Assembly (NCBI RefSeq): GCF_963676685.1
Contig: NC_092346.1
Coordinates: 102,548,001 to 102,612,000 of the forward strand
Direction: 5' to 3'
DNA from: Mytilus edulis
Lineage: Eukaryota
Length of the DNA stretch: 64,000 nt
Shown here: piece by piece, positions 52,370 to 64,000 of the stretch
Numbering within the stretch: the stretch's first letter is position 1
Layout of the letters: each line of letters begins with the position of its first letter
The notes under the pieces: model-generated
What the model saw: only the letters and a program-made list of their open reading frames with translations
Database searches by the model: none
Told to the model about the DNA's origin: nothing
Translations under genes and position numbers: made by a program

Positions 52370-55300
52370 TTATCTTTTTCTAAGTAAAGCTACTTGATTA
52401 CAGCTCTCGGGATCTATATCATCAGGACAAGTACAGGTTCTACCACCATTAGGGGTGGGTAAACAAAGGAATGTACAGCCTCCATTGTTCCTGGCACAAG
52501 CATTGTTTACTGGAAAAATAAATAGTCACATAAAAACTAAACCGTGTGTAGTAAATACAACAATGGTTAGAAAAATAATTTTCTTACATATTTATGGGTT
52601 TAAGTTACAATATGTAAACAAAACCACACTGACCACACTCAATTTATTCAGTTTGCATTAATTCAGAATTTACATAACTTGGTTAAGCTCCATATATCTA
52701 CAGTGGACACTATTATAATGGTGCAAGAAAGCTTGTTTTGGGAATCTTAAATTAGCTGCTTAACAAAAAGGTTGTATTTTTTGGGTCCTTTCTTTTGTAT
52801 GTTTGCCATTCATTCTCAGAATATTGTTTAACATGCAGACATTTGCTTAAGAACCAATATCTAGACTAAAGATATATTTATTTCAAATTTGTCTGTGGTG
52901 GTTTAAAAATCTAACTTACTTCTAGGACATTGAGCTCTGACTGCTGTTATACCATACAATTTACCATTTCCTCCAATAGGTAAACTTAAAGATTCATCTG
53001 ATACTTGACCATTACGATTCACACTTGATACACCATTTGATCTGAAAAGATAAGGCTTCCTGTTAATGTCAAGTTATCTCCCTATTAAACTGAAAATATT
53101 TCAATAATGAAGGTAAAATCATATACATTGAATATATATTTATCAATAAAAAATTCTAATACAATGTATTGCCAAATCATGCATATAACATTATTTAAGT
53201 TACTGAACTCGGAAGGAGACCAAGGACAACTGCCATATGCCAGATGTATTAACACTTTCAATTTAACCCAAAAGGAACTTTGAATTTTGAGGCTTTTCTG
53301 TTTAAGCACAAAATATTAACTTACTATATTCTGTCATGGTTTAGCCATTAATTTTAAGGCCTGATTGAGGAAAACTTAACACACACAGTTAGAAAATATT
53401 CTTGTAAGGAAACAAAAGAAGGTCACAATGATTTGTTAGACCTAATATAACACTTACATAGTCCAATCTGACCAATATATGCTGCTGCCAGAAAATGTCA
53501 AACCAAATGGATAAGGTGCTTGATCTGTCAGAATAGCTCTACCTACACCATCTGTTCTAATACATTCTATTGTTCCTGTACCTACAATCAATCAATTGTC
53601 TATAAAAAGTCTAAGCATTTTATGTATTGGAAATATAAAGTGAAAAATTGTATAGATAGAGAAATTCCATGCTACATTACTAATATGTAATAAGTTGGAA
53701 TTGTGTTTTTTGGTTTTCTTTTTTTTTTAAATATGCCATGTTGTTACTCTAATGTTTCAAAATGAGACAAGGAATGCTAATTTCTGAAACTTTCTACAGC
53801 CTAAATTTAAAATGTGCAAAATTCAAATAAATATTGCTAACCAGATACCTTTTTTCTTTAACAAATTTGAAAAAATTGAAGAGCAACTATAATCTATAAA
53901 ATATTGGCAAACATGATTGTATTAACAGAAGATAAACTTAAAGAGATGAATACTGACCAGCATCACCCCAGCAAAGTTGATTGGTATAAAAGTCCAGGGT
54001 GAGTCCATTAGGTAGTCCTAGGTCTGTATCTACGAGGACTTCTCTATGTGTTCCATCCATATAGGCCTTCTCTATTTTTGGTGCCCCTCTGTTCCAATCT
54101 GTCCAGTATATCATTCTGCAAATAATAAAACAGTTCTTATCGTAAAAGCAAATGTCTAGATGAAAAGGAAAATAATGAACTTAATGGCCTTTTATAGCGG
54201 ACCATATGGTATGGGTTTTTCTCATTGTTGAAGGCTGTATATTTGCCTATAATTGCTTACATATACTTCATTTAAACTTTGGTGAACAGTTGACTTTTTG
54301 GCTATCATACTAAAATATAACAACCAATTTTATATACTAATAGTGTATTAGTGCCTATATTATAGCACTAGTTTCATTTTAATGTCAATAATAACTGCAA
54401 GTCACAACTTTCATCTTTATTTCAAGTAAAAGAACTTACCCCTGGTTAGGATCAGCAACAATGGCTCTAGGATTGACTAAATCTTCTGAAACTAAAGTTT
54501 TTCTGTATGTTCCATTGAGCATTGACACTTGAATAATATCTAAACCTGAATCCGTCCAGAACAAGTTTCTAGATAACCAGTCAACGGCAATACCCTCAGG
54601 TGAACTCTGACCTATAAAATACAAATTTAGCCTTGAACATCTACACAATCAGTTGAAAGCAATACTTTTTTAAAACAAATAAAATCACTACTCCTAGAAT
54701 ATAACGCTTGAGCATTAACCATGGTTGTCTTTTATGCAGTGTGTGCTTGTTAGTAGAAATTTAAGTGTACACTTCTGATGTATTATACAAAACTATATTC
54801 AGTGGCTACCCAACACTCAAGTAGATTTCTTAAACCTTATTATAAAACTTTTCTAGCTACTGTTGTCATTTTTGCTCTTTAAAATACAGTTATGGTTACT
54901 AACCACTAACAACGACTGTTTCGTTAGAACCATCCAGTTTTGCTCTGCTTATTTTACCACCGGACACATCGGTCCAATAAATATCTCCGTCCACACAGTC
55001 TGTATCCACATCAATAATTAACTGATCTGGAAAACAAAAAAAATACTGTTAATCTAATTATCAACACTTCTTAAAGCAAGAATGCTCAAAATCTTTTTCA
55101 TTAAATAAGTTTTCTGAAAGTTTAATTTTTACTTATATCTGCATGAATCATCTCCATTTGAAATTTTAAAACTAATAGATGTAATGCTATGCAAAGTTGC
55201 ATCATTTCTTTAAAGAAATTAAGACAGAGTGTCTGCATATTTTCCTGAAGGATGTATACAATAGTGAAAGGAAATAGGCCCAAATCTTTGCACAATAACC

Positions 55301-58300
55301 ATTTGGCTCTACTGAATCTTCTAGAAAAATTTAGGACTTTATTCTAGCTACAACATAATAAAGTTCTTAAGGGATAGGAAGTAAGCTCTACTTCATGTAA
55401 AGCACGTCTTTAGTTTTTGATACAAAGATGCTGATCTATTTTTAACAGATGCAGAAATGTAAGATATTTTTAGAATCACAAAAAAAGAAACAATTTTAAG
55501 AATTTGTACCGGTAATGCTAAAATCTCTCCTGGGAAAGTAAAAAATGCAGATGTTTCCAGGCTAATTCAAATTCTTTATGTCTTTAACAATTTTTATTTA
55601 GAAAGTTACAGTTTATAAAATTGTGTATTACCTGGTTTATAAAGTACTCTGGCCCCCGTATCATCCTCAGTCTGTATGTAAGGTACTTTGTGTATAGTGT
55701 AACCTCTACTAAACAGTAAATAGTTATCTCTGTTACTCATTGCTAAAACATAAAAATATGAGTTAATATATTGCAATCAAATCCTGTTTCTAATGATAAA
55801 TCTATTATGAAAGAAAAAAGTAACAATATCAGTGAATCTAATGTTCATACAAAAAGCTTTATTAGAGCTTTCAAAAGAGGATTTGTTTCATTTAAACAGG
55901 TTTTACTATATATGAAAATTTATTCATGAAATGAGTGAAAAAGAGAAATTGAGAAATTATCTCCCTTTGTAATAACTATCCTGTCATAAAGTTAATTGGT
56001 TACAAAACAGTTGTTGGGATCGTTTAGCTGAATATACAGTATCTTTTTTTTTTCTCATAGGTTAAAGCCGTACATTACTGCTTCAATTGAACTCTGGTGG
56101 ATAGATGTCTCATTGGCAATTATAATTCATTTCTGCATCTTGACAGTAAACTTACGTTCACATCTTCTACCATCACCTCTGTAATTATCATTACATACAC
56201 AAGAATAAATATCTACATTCAATATACAGCTGGCATGTCTGTCACACACTCTGGGGTCACGTCTACAGGAGTCCAAACCTAAATAACAATTGTACATCCA
56301 TTTCAATGTACATCATTAAGATAAAGATTTTTAACTAAGGTGTTTTATGTTCATGCATAAAAAAAGTGAATTAAAAGTTCACAAAATGAACATACAGATC
56401 CATAAAGTTGAGTTTTTTTTGAAGAAACCTTTGATCTTTTGATTTAAAACAGAAATTTATGCTGTTGCAATAAATGAGGCTGAGTAGATGTCATTTCAAG
56501 TATTTTACCTACACAATTTAAACTACAAGCTAGGAAAAATAATGTGTATTATTGCTATTTAATGAAATTTTCTTTGATCTTACTGACTGGTAAGCGTAAA
56601 TGCCTGTTGTCAATAAAATTAACAACGGCAACATAGGTAAAACAGCGATTAACAGATTATCATTGGTCATCTCAACGACTGCTTTTCTCACTTTTGCCGT
56701 ACTGGCTGAAGCGAGAAAATCAATTTTTTTTATCAAAGATAATTTATAGTTACTGTAAACAGGGAAATTTTCGCGGTAGTTTTATTTTCGATATTTTCAC
56801 GGTAAGAATAGAAACGCGAAAATATCAAAGAAACTCTTTTTATTACATTTACTTTTACAAGTTGTGACTTGGATGGAGAGTTAGCTCTTTGACACTCATA
56901 CCTCATCTTTATATATCTACGTATATGGAATAGAATATATATATATAGGACTACTGTGTTACACTGATTCTATAGATGACACACATATAACTGAAATCAT
57001 ACCTGTATCTCTTAATGAAAATCAATGTTAGGAAATTATAAATTTAATGCAAACAGTTCACCATAAACAGGAAAGCAATCATAACGGATTTTGTTATGTA
57101 AACAATACTCATTGCAATTATGTTAATGATACATGTCAATCAGTAATGAAAGTATCACCTCGTTAAATCAACTACACAGATTAATCAAATCAAAAGATCG
57201 ATTAATTAGCGTTAATCCTGAGAGCATTTGTTTTTGATTCAATCTTAATTAGGTCTACTTTTCTGTATTGTGTATGTGTTTTTACAAGCAAACATGACAA
57301 ACTTGTAATCTACTTTAACATAAATGAACCGAAAAACAAAAGATTTCTGATTGATTTTATCACATGATTTAAGATATATGTAAAGTTGATCTTTTTCCAA
57401 ATCATTTATGAAAATATTTATATGGGCCACTTGGAAATCGCGAATTCAAAACAACGCGAATTTGGATTGTGTTAGAAAATCGCGAAATAAAGACGGCGCG
57501 AAAATTTCCCGGTTTACAGTATCAAAATATCAACTATTTTAAATCTCAACACAATATATCATGTTTTTTTTTAAAACTGAGTTTATTATCAGTGAATATT
57601 GTAAAGTGTTCTGTTTACCTCTAGGTTCACATCTGTGCCCATCTCCTTGATATCCAGCGGAACATCGACATCTGTATGACGAGGAATCAGGATCATACAA
57701 ACACTGAGAATTAGGTCCACAATTGTTTACTTGGTTACATGGCACCACTGCAAACATATTTAAATATCATTTATTACACATGTTATAAGAGTATTATCTA
57801 ATTTTCTATATAAATGTCATTGACATAAGCAAGATTATTTCATGCATACCTGTCAAAGCTCAAATTCTAGTAGTGCATGAGGATCTTTTACCTTTTCAAA
57901 TTTGAAGTCTATCCTTTTAGATCTTTCATCATTCAAGGGTATGAACATCTCCCTTGTGATAAAAACACGATCTCCATCCTTTTTTTCATTTGAGTTCTTT
58001 TGAAAGTAATATACAGTGGCGGATCCAGAGGGGGGGTTCCGGGGGTCCGCACCCCCCCTTTATTTTGGCCGATCAATGCATTTGAATCGGGACATATGTT
58101 TGCACCCCCCCTGCACCCCCCCCCCCCCCTTTTGCCCTGGGCTAGCACCCCCCCCCTTTCGAAAATTCCTGCATCCGCCACTGATATATGTGCATAATTT
58201 TTACTGTATAGCAAAAACAGTGTGCATTTCATAGTAATAGACATAATAGGTCATCAAGATGTTGACCAAGTAAATCCATGTGTAAATACTTAATTTTTAT

Positions 58301-58957
58301 CTGTTTGTGCTGAAATATTACAATGCTTTTTAACTTTTATAACATTGAATGAATGTAGAACTGTCCAATAAGCTGGACTCATATCTCCTGCATCAAGGGT
58401 TGAAGTTGGAGTATGCCAGTGAATGAAACCGTGAATCAATGAAGTTGAGAAACAAAACTAGGGCATTATTTTTTTTTGGGTCTGCATCCATTCATAAGTA
58501 ATATTCCTTCTGTTCGTATGTTTGTCCGGCTTCAGATTAAAGTTTTTGGTCAAGGTAGTTTTTGATGAAAGTCCAATCAATTTGAAACTTTGTACACGTA
58601 GTCACTATAAGATCTTCTGATTTTAATATCTCAAATTCCAGTTTTTACCACAATTTCACGGTCCACTGAACATAGCAAATAGTACTTGTTGGGCATCTGT
58701 GTACTATGGACACATTCTTGTTTCTTATGATTTATTTAATTTACCTCGGTTTGTCTCTATAACCATAAAATACAATTTAACAATCTGTTAAAATCTGTCA
58801 TATTTACCTCTTGAAATACAAACTTTACCATCCCCATCATATCCAGTATTACATACACATCTATATCTATTCACTCTACTATCCACAACACATTGGGCAT
58901 TAATATCACAGTCATTGTACATGTTACAGCCCTCAGGTTCACAACGATACCCATCAC
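52370..58957 (-). CDS. NID: Nidogen/entactin, C-terminal part (EGF repeats, G3 YWTD beta-propeller, terminal EGF); 5' exons outside the window
   Basis: Exons 58957-58808, 57747-57619, 56278-56156, 55742-55632, 55026-54904, 54611-54440, 54115-53958, 53581-53458, 53041-52920 and 52509-52370 are in phase. Motifs: [63 protein letters not shown]...QLCWGDAG...ECI, YPFGL, LYGITAV...CP...[25 protein letters not shown], then a stop with no TM segment. Confidence 0.92.
56753..57519. mobile_element. MITE with TA TSD (Tc1/mariner-type non-autonomous)
   Basis: TA|CTGTAAACAGGGAAATTTTCGCG ... CGCGAAAATTTCCCGGTTTACAG|TA, with subterminal CGCGAA repeats. Confidence 0.85.
58014..58183. mobile_element. Short GC-rich MITE, TIR CAGTGGCGGAT
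   Basis: ATA|CAGTGGCGGATCCAG ... CTGCATCCGCCACTG|ATA. Confidence 0.85.
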
Positions 58958-61711
58958 CTGAAATATCAAACAGCAATTATACATGTTACAACCCTCAGGT
59001 TCACAACGACACCAATCACCTGAAATATCAAACAGTAATTATACATGTTACAACCCTCAGGTTCACAACGATACCCATCACCTGAAATATCAAACAGTAA
59101 TTATACATGTTACAACCCTCAGGTTCACAACGATACCCATCACCTGAAATATCAAACAGTAATTATACATGTTACAACCCTCAGGTTCACAACGATACCC
59201 ATCACCTGAAATATCAAACAGTAATTATACATGTTACAACCCTCAGGTTCACAACGATACCCATCACCTGAAATATCAAACAGTAATTATACATGTTACA
59301 ACCCTCAGGTTCACAACGATACCCATCACCTGAAATATCAAACAGCAATTATACATGTTACAACCCTCAGGTTCACAACGACACCCATCACCTGAAATAT
59401 CAAACAGTAATTATACATGTTACAACCCTCAGGTTCACAACGATACCCATCACCTGAAATATCAAACAGTAATTATACATGTTACAACCCTCAGGTTCAC
59501 AACGATACCCATCACCTGAAATATCAAACAGTAATTATACATGTTACAACCCTCAGGTTCACAACGATACCCATCACCTGAAATATCAAACAGTAATTAT
59601 ACATGTTACAACCCTCAGGTTCACAACGATACCCATCACCTGAAATATCAAACAGTAATTATACATGTTACAACCCTCAGGTTCACAACGATACCCATCA
59701 CCTGAAATATCAAACAGCAATTATACATGTTACAACCCTCAGGTTCACAACGATACCCATCACCTGAAATATCAAACAGCAATTATACATGTTACAACCC
59801 TCAGGTTCACAACGATACCCATCACCTGAAATATCAAACAGTAATTATACATGTTACAACCCTCAGGTTCACAACGATACCCATCACCTGAAATATCAAA
59901 CAGTAATTATACATGTTACAACCCTCAGGTTCACAACGATATCCATCACCTGAAATATCAAACAGTAATTATACATGTTACAACCCTCAGGTTCAAAACG
60001 ACACCCATCACCTGAAATATCAAACAGTAATTATACATGTTACAACCCTCAGGTTCAAAACGATACCCATCACCTGAAATATTAAACAGTAATTATACAT
60101 GTTACAACCCTCAGGTTCACAACGATACCCATCACCTGAAATATCAAACAGTAATTATACATGTTACAACCCTCAGGTTCACAACGATACCCATCACCTG
60201 AAATATCAAACAGTAATTATACATGTTACAACCCTCAGGTTCACAACGATACCCATCACCTGAAATATCAAACAGTAATTATACATGTTACAACCCTCAG
60301 GTTCAAAACGATACCCATCACCTGAAATATCAAACAGTAATTATACATGTTACAACCCTCAGGTTCACAACGATACCCATCACCTGAAATATTAAACAGT
60401 AATTATACATGTTACAACCCTCAGGTTCACAACGATACCCATCACCTGAAATATCAAACAGTAATTATACATGTTACAACCCTCAGGTTCACAACGATAC
60501 CCATCACCTGAAATATCAAACAGTAATTATACATGTTACAACCCTCAGGTTCAAAACGACACCCATCACCTGAAATATCAAACAGTAATTATACATGTTA
60601 CAACCCTCAGGTTCACAACGATACCCATCACCTGAAATATCAAACAGTAATTATACATGTTACAACCCTCAGGTTCACAACGATACCCATCACCTGAAAT
60701 ATCAAACAGTAATTATACATGTTACAACCCTCAGGTTCACAACGATACCCATCACCTGAAATATCAAACAGTAATTATACATGTTACAACCCTCAGGTTC
60801 ACAACGACACCCATCACCTGAAATATCAAACAGTAATTATACATGTTACAACCCTCAGGTTCAAAACGATACCCATCACCTGAAATATCAAACAGTAATT
60901 ATACATGTTACAACCCTTAGGTTCACAACGATACCCATCACCTGAAATATCAAACAGTAATTATACATGTTACAACCCTCAGGTTCACAACGACACCAAT
61001 CACCTGAAATATCAAACAGTAATTATACATGTTACAACCCTCAGGTTCACAACGATACCCATCACCTGAAATATTAAACAGTAATTATACATGTTACAAC
61101 CCTCAGGTTCACAACGATACCCATCACCTGAAATATCAAACAGTAATTATACATGTTACAACCCTCAGGTTCACAACGATACCCATCACCTGAAATATCA
61201 AACAGTAATTATACATGTTACAACCCTCAGGTTCAAAACGACACCCATCACCTGAAATATCAAACAGTAATTATACATGTTACAACCCTCAGGTTCACAA
61301 CGATACCCATCACCTGAAATATCAAACAGTAATTATACATGTTACAACCCTCAGGTTCACAACGATACCCATCACCTGAAATATCAAACAGTAATTATAC
61401 ATGTTACAACCCTCAGGTTCAAAACGACACCCATCACCTGAAATATCAAACAGTAATTATACATGTTACAACCCTCAGGTTCACAACGATACCCATCACC
61501 TGAAATATCAAACAGTAATTATACATGTTACAACCCTCAGGTTCAAAACGATACCCATCACCTGAAATATCAAACAGTAATTATACATGTTACAACCCTC
61601 AGGTTCAAAACGACACCCATCACCTGAAATATCAAACAGTAATTATACATGTTACAACCCTCAGGTTCAAAACGACACCCATCACCTGAAATATTAAACA
61701 GTCATTGTATA
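58918..61711 (-). repeat. 62-bp tandem array made of a nidogen 3' splice site plus exon start, ~45 copies
   Basis: Minus-strand unit GTATAATTACTGTTTGATATTTCAG|GTGATGGGTATCGTTGTGAACCTGAGGGTTGTAACAT is 25 nt of intron end plus the first 37 nt of the exon ([13 protein letters not shown]). Confidence 0.97.
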
Positions 61712-62100
61712 TGTTGTAAATACGGTGCGAACACAACACTGGAACATAACTTAATTTTCATATTATAATGTAAAGACTTTGTGAAGTGTCACTTGTATTT
61801 TTGGGCATTATATAGATCGATTACATATTAAAATATGTTTTCTTCCTTAACTCACATATTCTCAACATTTTGGTGTCGTGACCAGTATTTGAAAAAGCTG
61901 ATATTGATTAGGAAAGGGGACAGAAGTGTTGTGACAAGACATCAACGAAAAATAAATAATTTGATAACATTAGAAAGTGTAAAACAAAAGAAGAAACTTT
62001 GGACTATTTAAATCAACAGATTATAAATGCAATCAGTTCAGAGGATATTGAAGAAGAAATTCTCAATACAGATGAGTGTACTTTAGACTTAGAAACTTAA
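61712..62100 (+). mobile_element. Decayed BEL/Pao-like LTR retrotransposon 5' end (LTR + PBS + gag remnant)
   Basis: TGTTG...CAACA segment at 61712-61867, then TGGTGTCGTGACCAG at 61871, similar to a tRNA-His primer-binding site. An acidic peptide IINAISSEDIEEEILNTDECTLDLET follows, reminiscent of BEL/Pao gag N-termini. Confidence 0.55.
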
Positions 62101-64000
62101 AGGATAATTCGTGATTTTTCACTTTTCATCTTAATATGTTCATAATACCATAAAAAACATATTCACCAAGTTTTATTTCGATATGAAAAGTAATAAAGAA
62201 GAAAATTGGGAATTATTAATTTTATTTTTTCAAACTTCCTGACTTATGTGACGTAGTTTAAGTCTTTGAGCATGCCGGGAGTGAAATTAATCTCATTTAA
62301 GTCTTGTTCGTTAACCATCTAATAACGCTATTCAAAGCGCATCGACGACCTTTGGTGTAGCTATTAACCAACAAAAAGTAAGTGATAGCCATGCAACTTT
62401 TAAAATTAGATTGTAGGATTTATGTGTGGATTTTTTATATGAATTCTAGTAATTAAAGTGAATAATACATTAGAACATTTTTATGATTTTTTTCTTCAAA
62501 CACTTTAAACAAACATAATCAAGGTAATTAAAAGATTAGCATTATGTAATTCTAATCTTTTGATCTTCATTCAGTGACATCTAGGCGTCACGGTTCACTA
62601 TTTCAGGTGTGAACAACATTTCGTATGAATGATATACGGGAGTCAGTTATAGTTTTAGACACAGAAATGTAAGAAAAAGAATTAAAATGAATTTACGGGA
62701 GAAATAAGGTCGCACAATAACTGGATAGCTGTTGTAGCTGTTGTATATTTTTATATAATTCGCATAAGCTCACTTTTAAATGAATTATGACTTCTGATTA
62801 CTTTTGTAACGATAAAATACTGAATTATTTTAATTGAATAAATTTATAAATAAAAATAGCCTTCTAAACACGAGTGTATGAACTAAAAATTGTACTTTTT
62901 TAAATTAGAATCGGCAACCGTTAATATTTCAAACAGATTGCAATTATATAATTTAGTCCATCCAAAGCGATCTTTATTTACCTATTTAGGAATTAATGTT
63001 CTCATCAAAATATTTCAAATCTCGCAACGCATGAATACTTCAGCTATTTGAAAAAAAGATGTTTTAAAAAATTGAGAGGAAATTTAAGGATCCTCTTGGA
63101 ATGGAATCGAAAAATTACGAATAGATATTCTTTTCAAGTGTGAAAAACGTCAACCAAATTTATTAATTATTAAATAGTATTCTTCTCACAACGTATAATA
63201 CTTTAGCTATTTGACCAACGATGTTTAAAAAAAAAAGACAACGAATTTAATGTCGTCTTAAAGTCTGTTCAACTGGCAAGAATACCCCTAAAGCGGACAA
63301 GCAGTTTATTCTTTAAATTGCTGTCATTGAATATCAAGAAAGAAAATAAATCCCGAAATTAATTTGAAACTTAATTACTCAATAGTTTTCCTAGAACATA
63401 TTCACATCCCTTGGGGTTTGTTAGTGTACGTCCAGTTGCATATATTTTACATGAATGTCGGAACAATTGTGATGAAGTCGAATTTCTTCCTTTATTCGAG
63501 AATTATCTAATTGATATATAAATTTGTGATTTTACTATGTTCATAACTTCGATGAACCGAAGCAAGTTATATATCGACCTGTATTTAAATCAAATTGGTC
63601 CTCTTCTTCTTCTTCTTCTTTTGGTATCTAATAGTCTATCTAATATGATGATTACATACTGTTGGCATACGTGGACTAGTCTATTTACAAAACTGTTACC
63701 CCGATTTACACAAAATGTAGGTTTCTTTCTTATGTTCAATGTATACAGGCGTAGAAACGAATCATCGACAAGTGCGTACATTTTTTTTTTAATCAATATT
63801 TCTGGTATGTTCCAATCTGTCCTTTACTATTGACAACGAGTATATATTACATTTTCCCAAATTAAACCTTGGAAAAAAATGTAAATAGATTTATAATTCA
63901 TCAAATCTTTTTTTTTTTGGTATTATTTATATTTTTATAAATAATATTCTTTACACCAGTAATGTTATTTATAAACAAGCGTATGAGTTATAATGACTAG

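Noticed and set aside
57933-58244. Gly/Pro-rich ORFs
   Set aside because: They derive from the G/C runs of the MITE at 58014-58183.
52370-58957. LRP/LDL-receptor family gene
   Set aside because: There is a single YWTD propeller plus a terminal EGF, then a stop with no transmembrane segment or LDL-A repeats. This architecture fits nidogen.
58958-61711. Array of real alternative EGF microexons (Dscam-like cassette)
   Set aside because: Units are near-identical, 37 nt is not frame-preserving, the 25-nt gaps are too short to be introns, and read-through hits stops. No diversified in-frame cassette is supported.
62200-64000. Further nidogen exons or other genes
   Set aside because: No Cys-rich in-phase exon with splice sites was found; the ORFs at 63537-63833 look like low-complexity noise.

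Overview
AT-rich eukaryotic DNA with GT-AG introns. It is probably from a bivalve mollusc such as Mytilus, inferred from gene content and repeat types and not proven. I reconstructed five spliced genes by hand, all with consistent exon phases: (1) the 3' four exons of an ependymin-related protein (+, 8608-10856); (2) a complete 10-exon DNAJC17 (+, 13673-24433, 292 aa); (3) a complete 11-exon 4-coumarate-CoA-ligase/luciferase-like acyl-CoA synthetase (-, 35110-25424, 556 aa); (4) a complete 3-exon GPI-anchored Ly6/three-finger (quiver/sleepless-like) gene (-, 41110-38053, 134 aa) that the ORF track misses entirely; (5) the 3' ten coding exons of nidogen (-, 58957-52370). The remainder is satellites (about 170, 67, 62, 76, 122, 19, 25 and 42 bp units), Penelope-like RT fragments, nested Helentron-type non-autonomous elements, a MULE remnant with a 9-bp TSD, several MITEs and a decayed BEL/Pao LTR element. 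Two signals stand out. (a) Tandem arrays built from the genes' own splice junctions: about 45 copies of a nidogen acceptor plus exon start (CAG|GTGATG, a recursive-splice-like motif) and about 12 copies of a 4CL-like exon end plus donor. (b) Three 24-33 bp CA...TG hairpins, each flanked by a perfect 7-bp target-site duplication, which match the geometry expected of P-element excision footprints. No prokaryotic system or CRISPR array is present.
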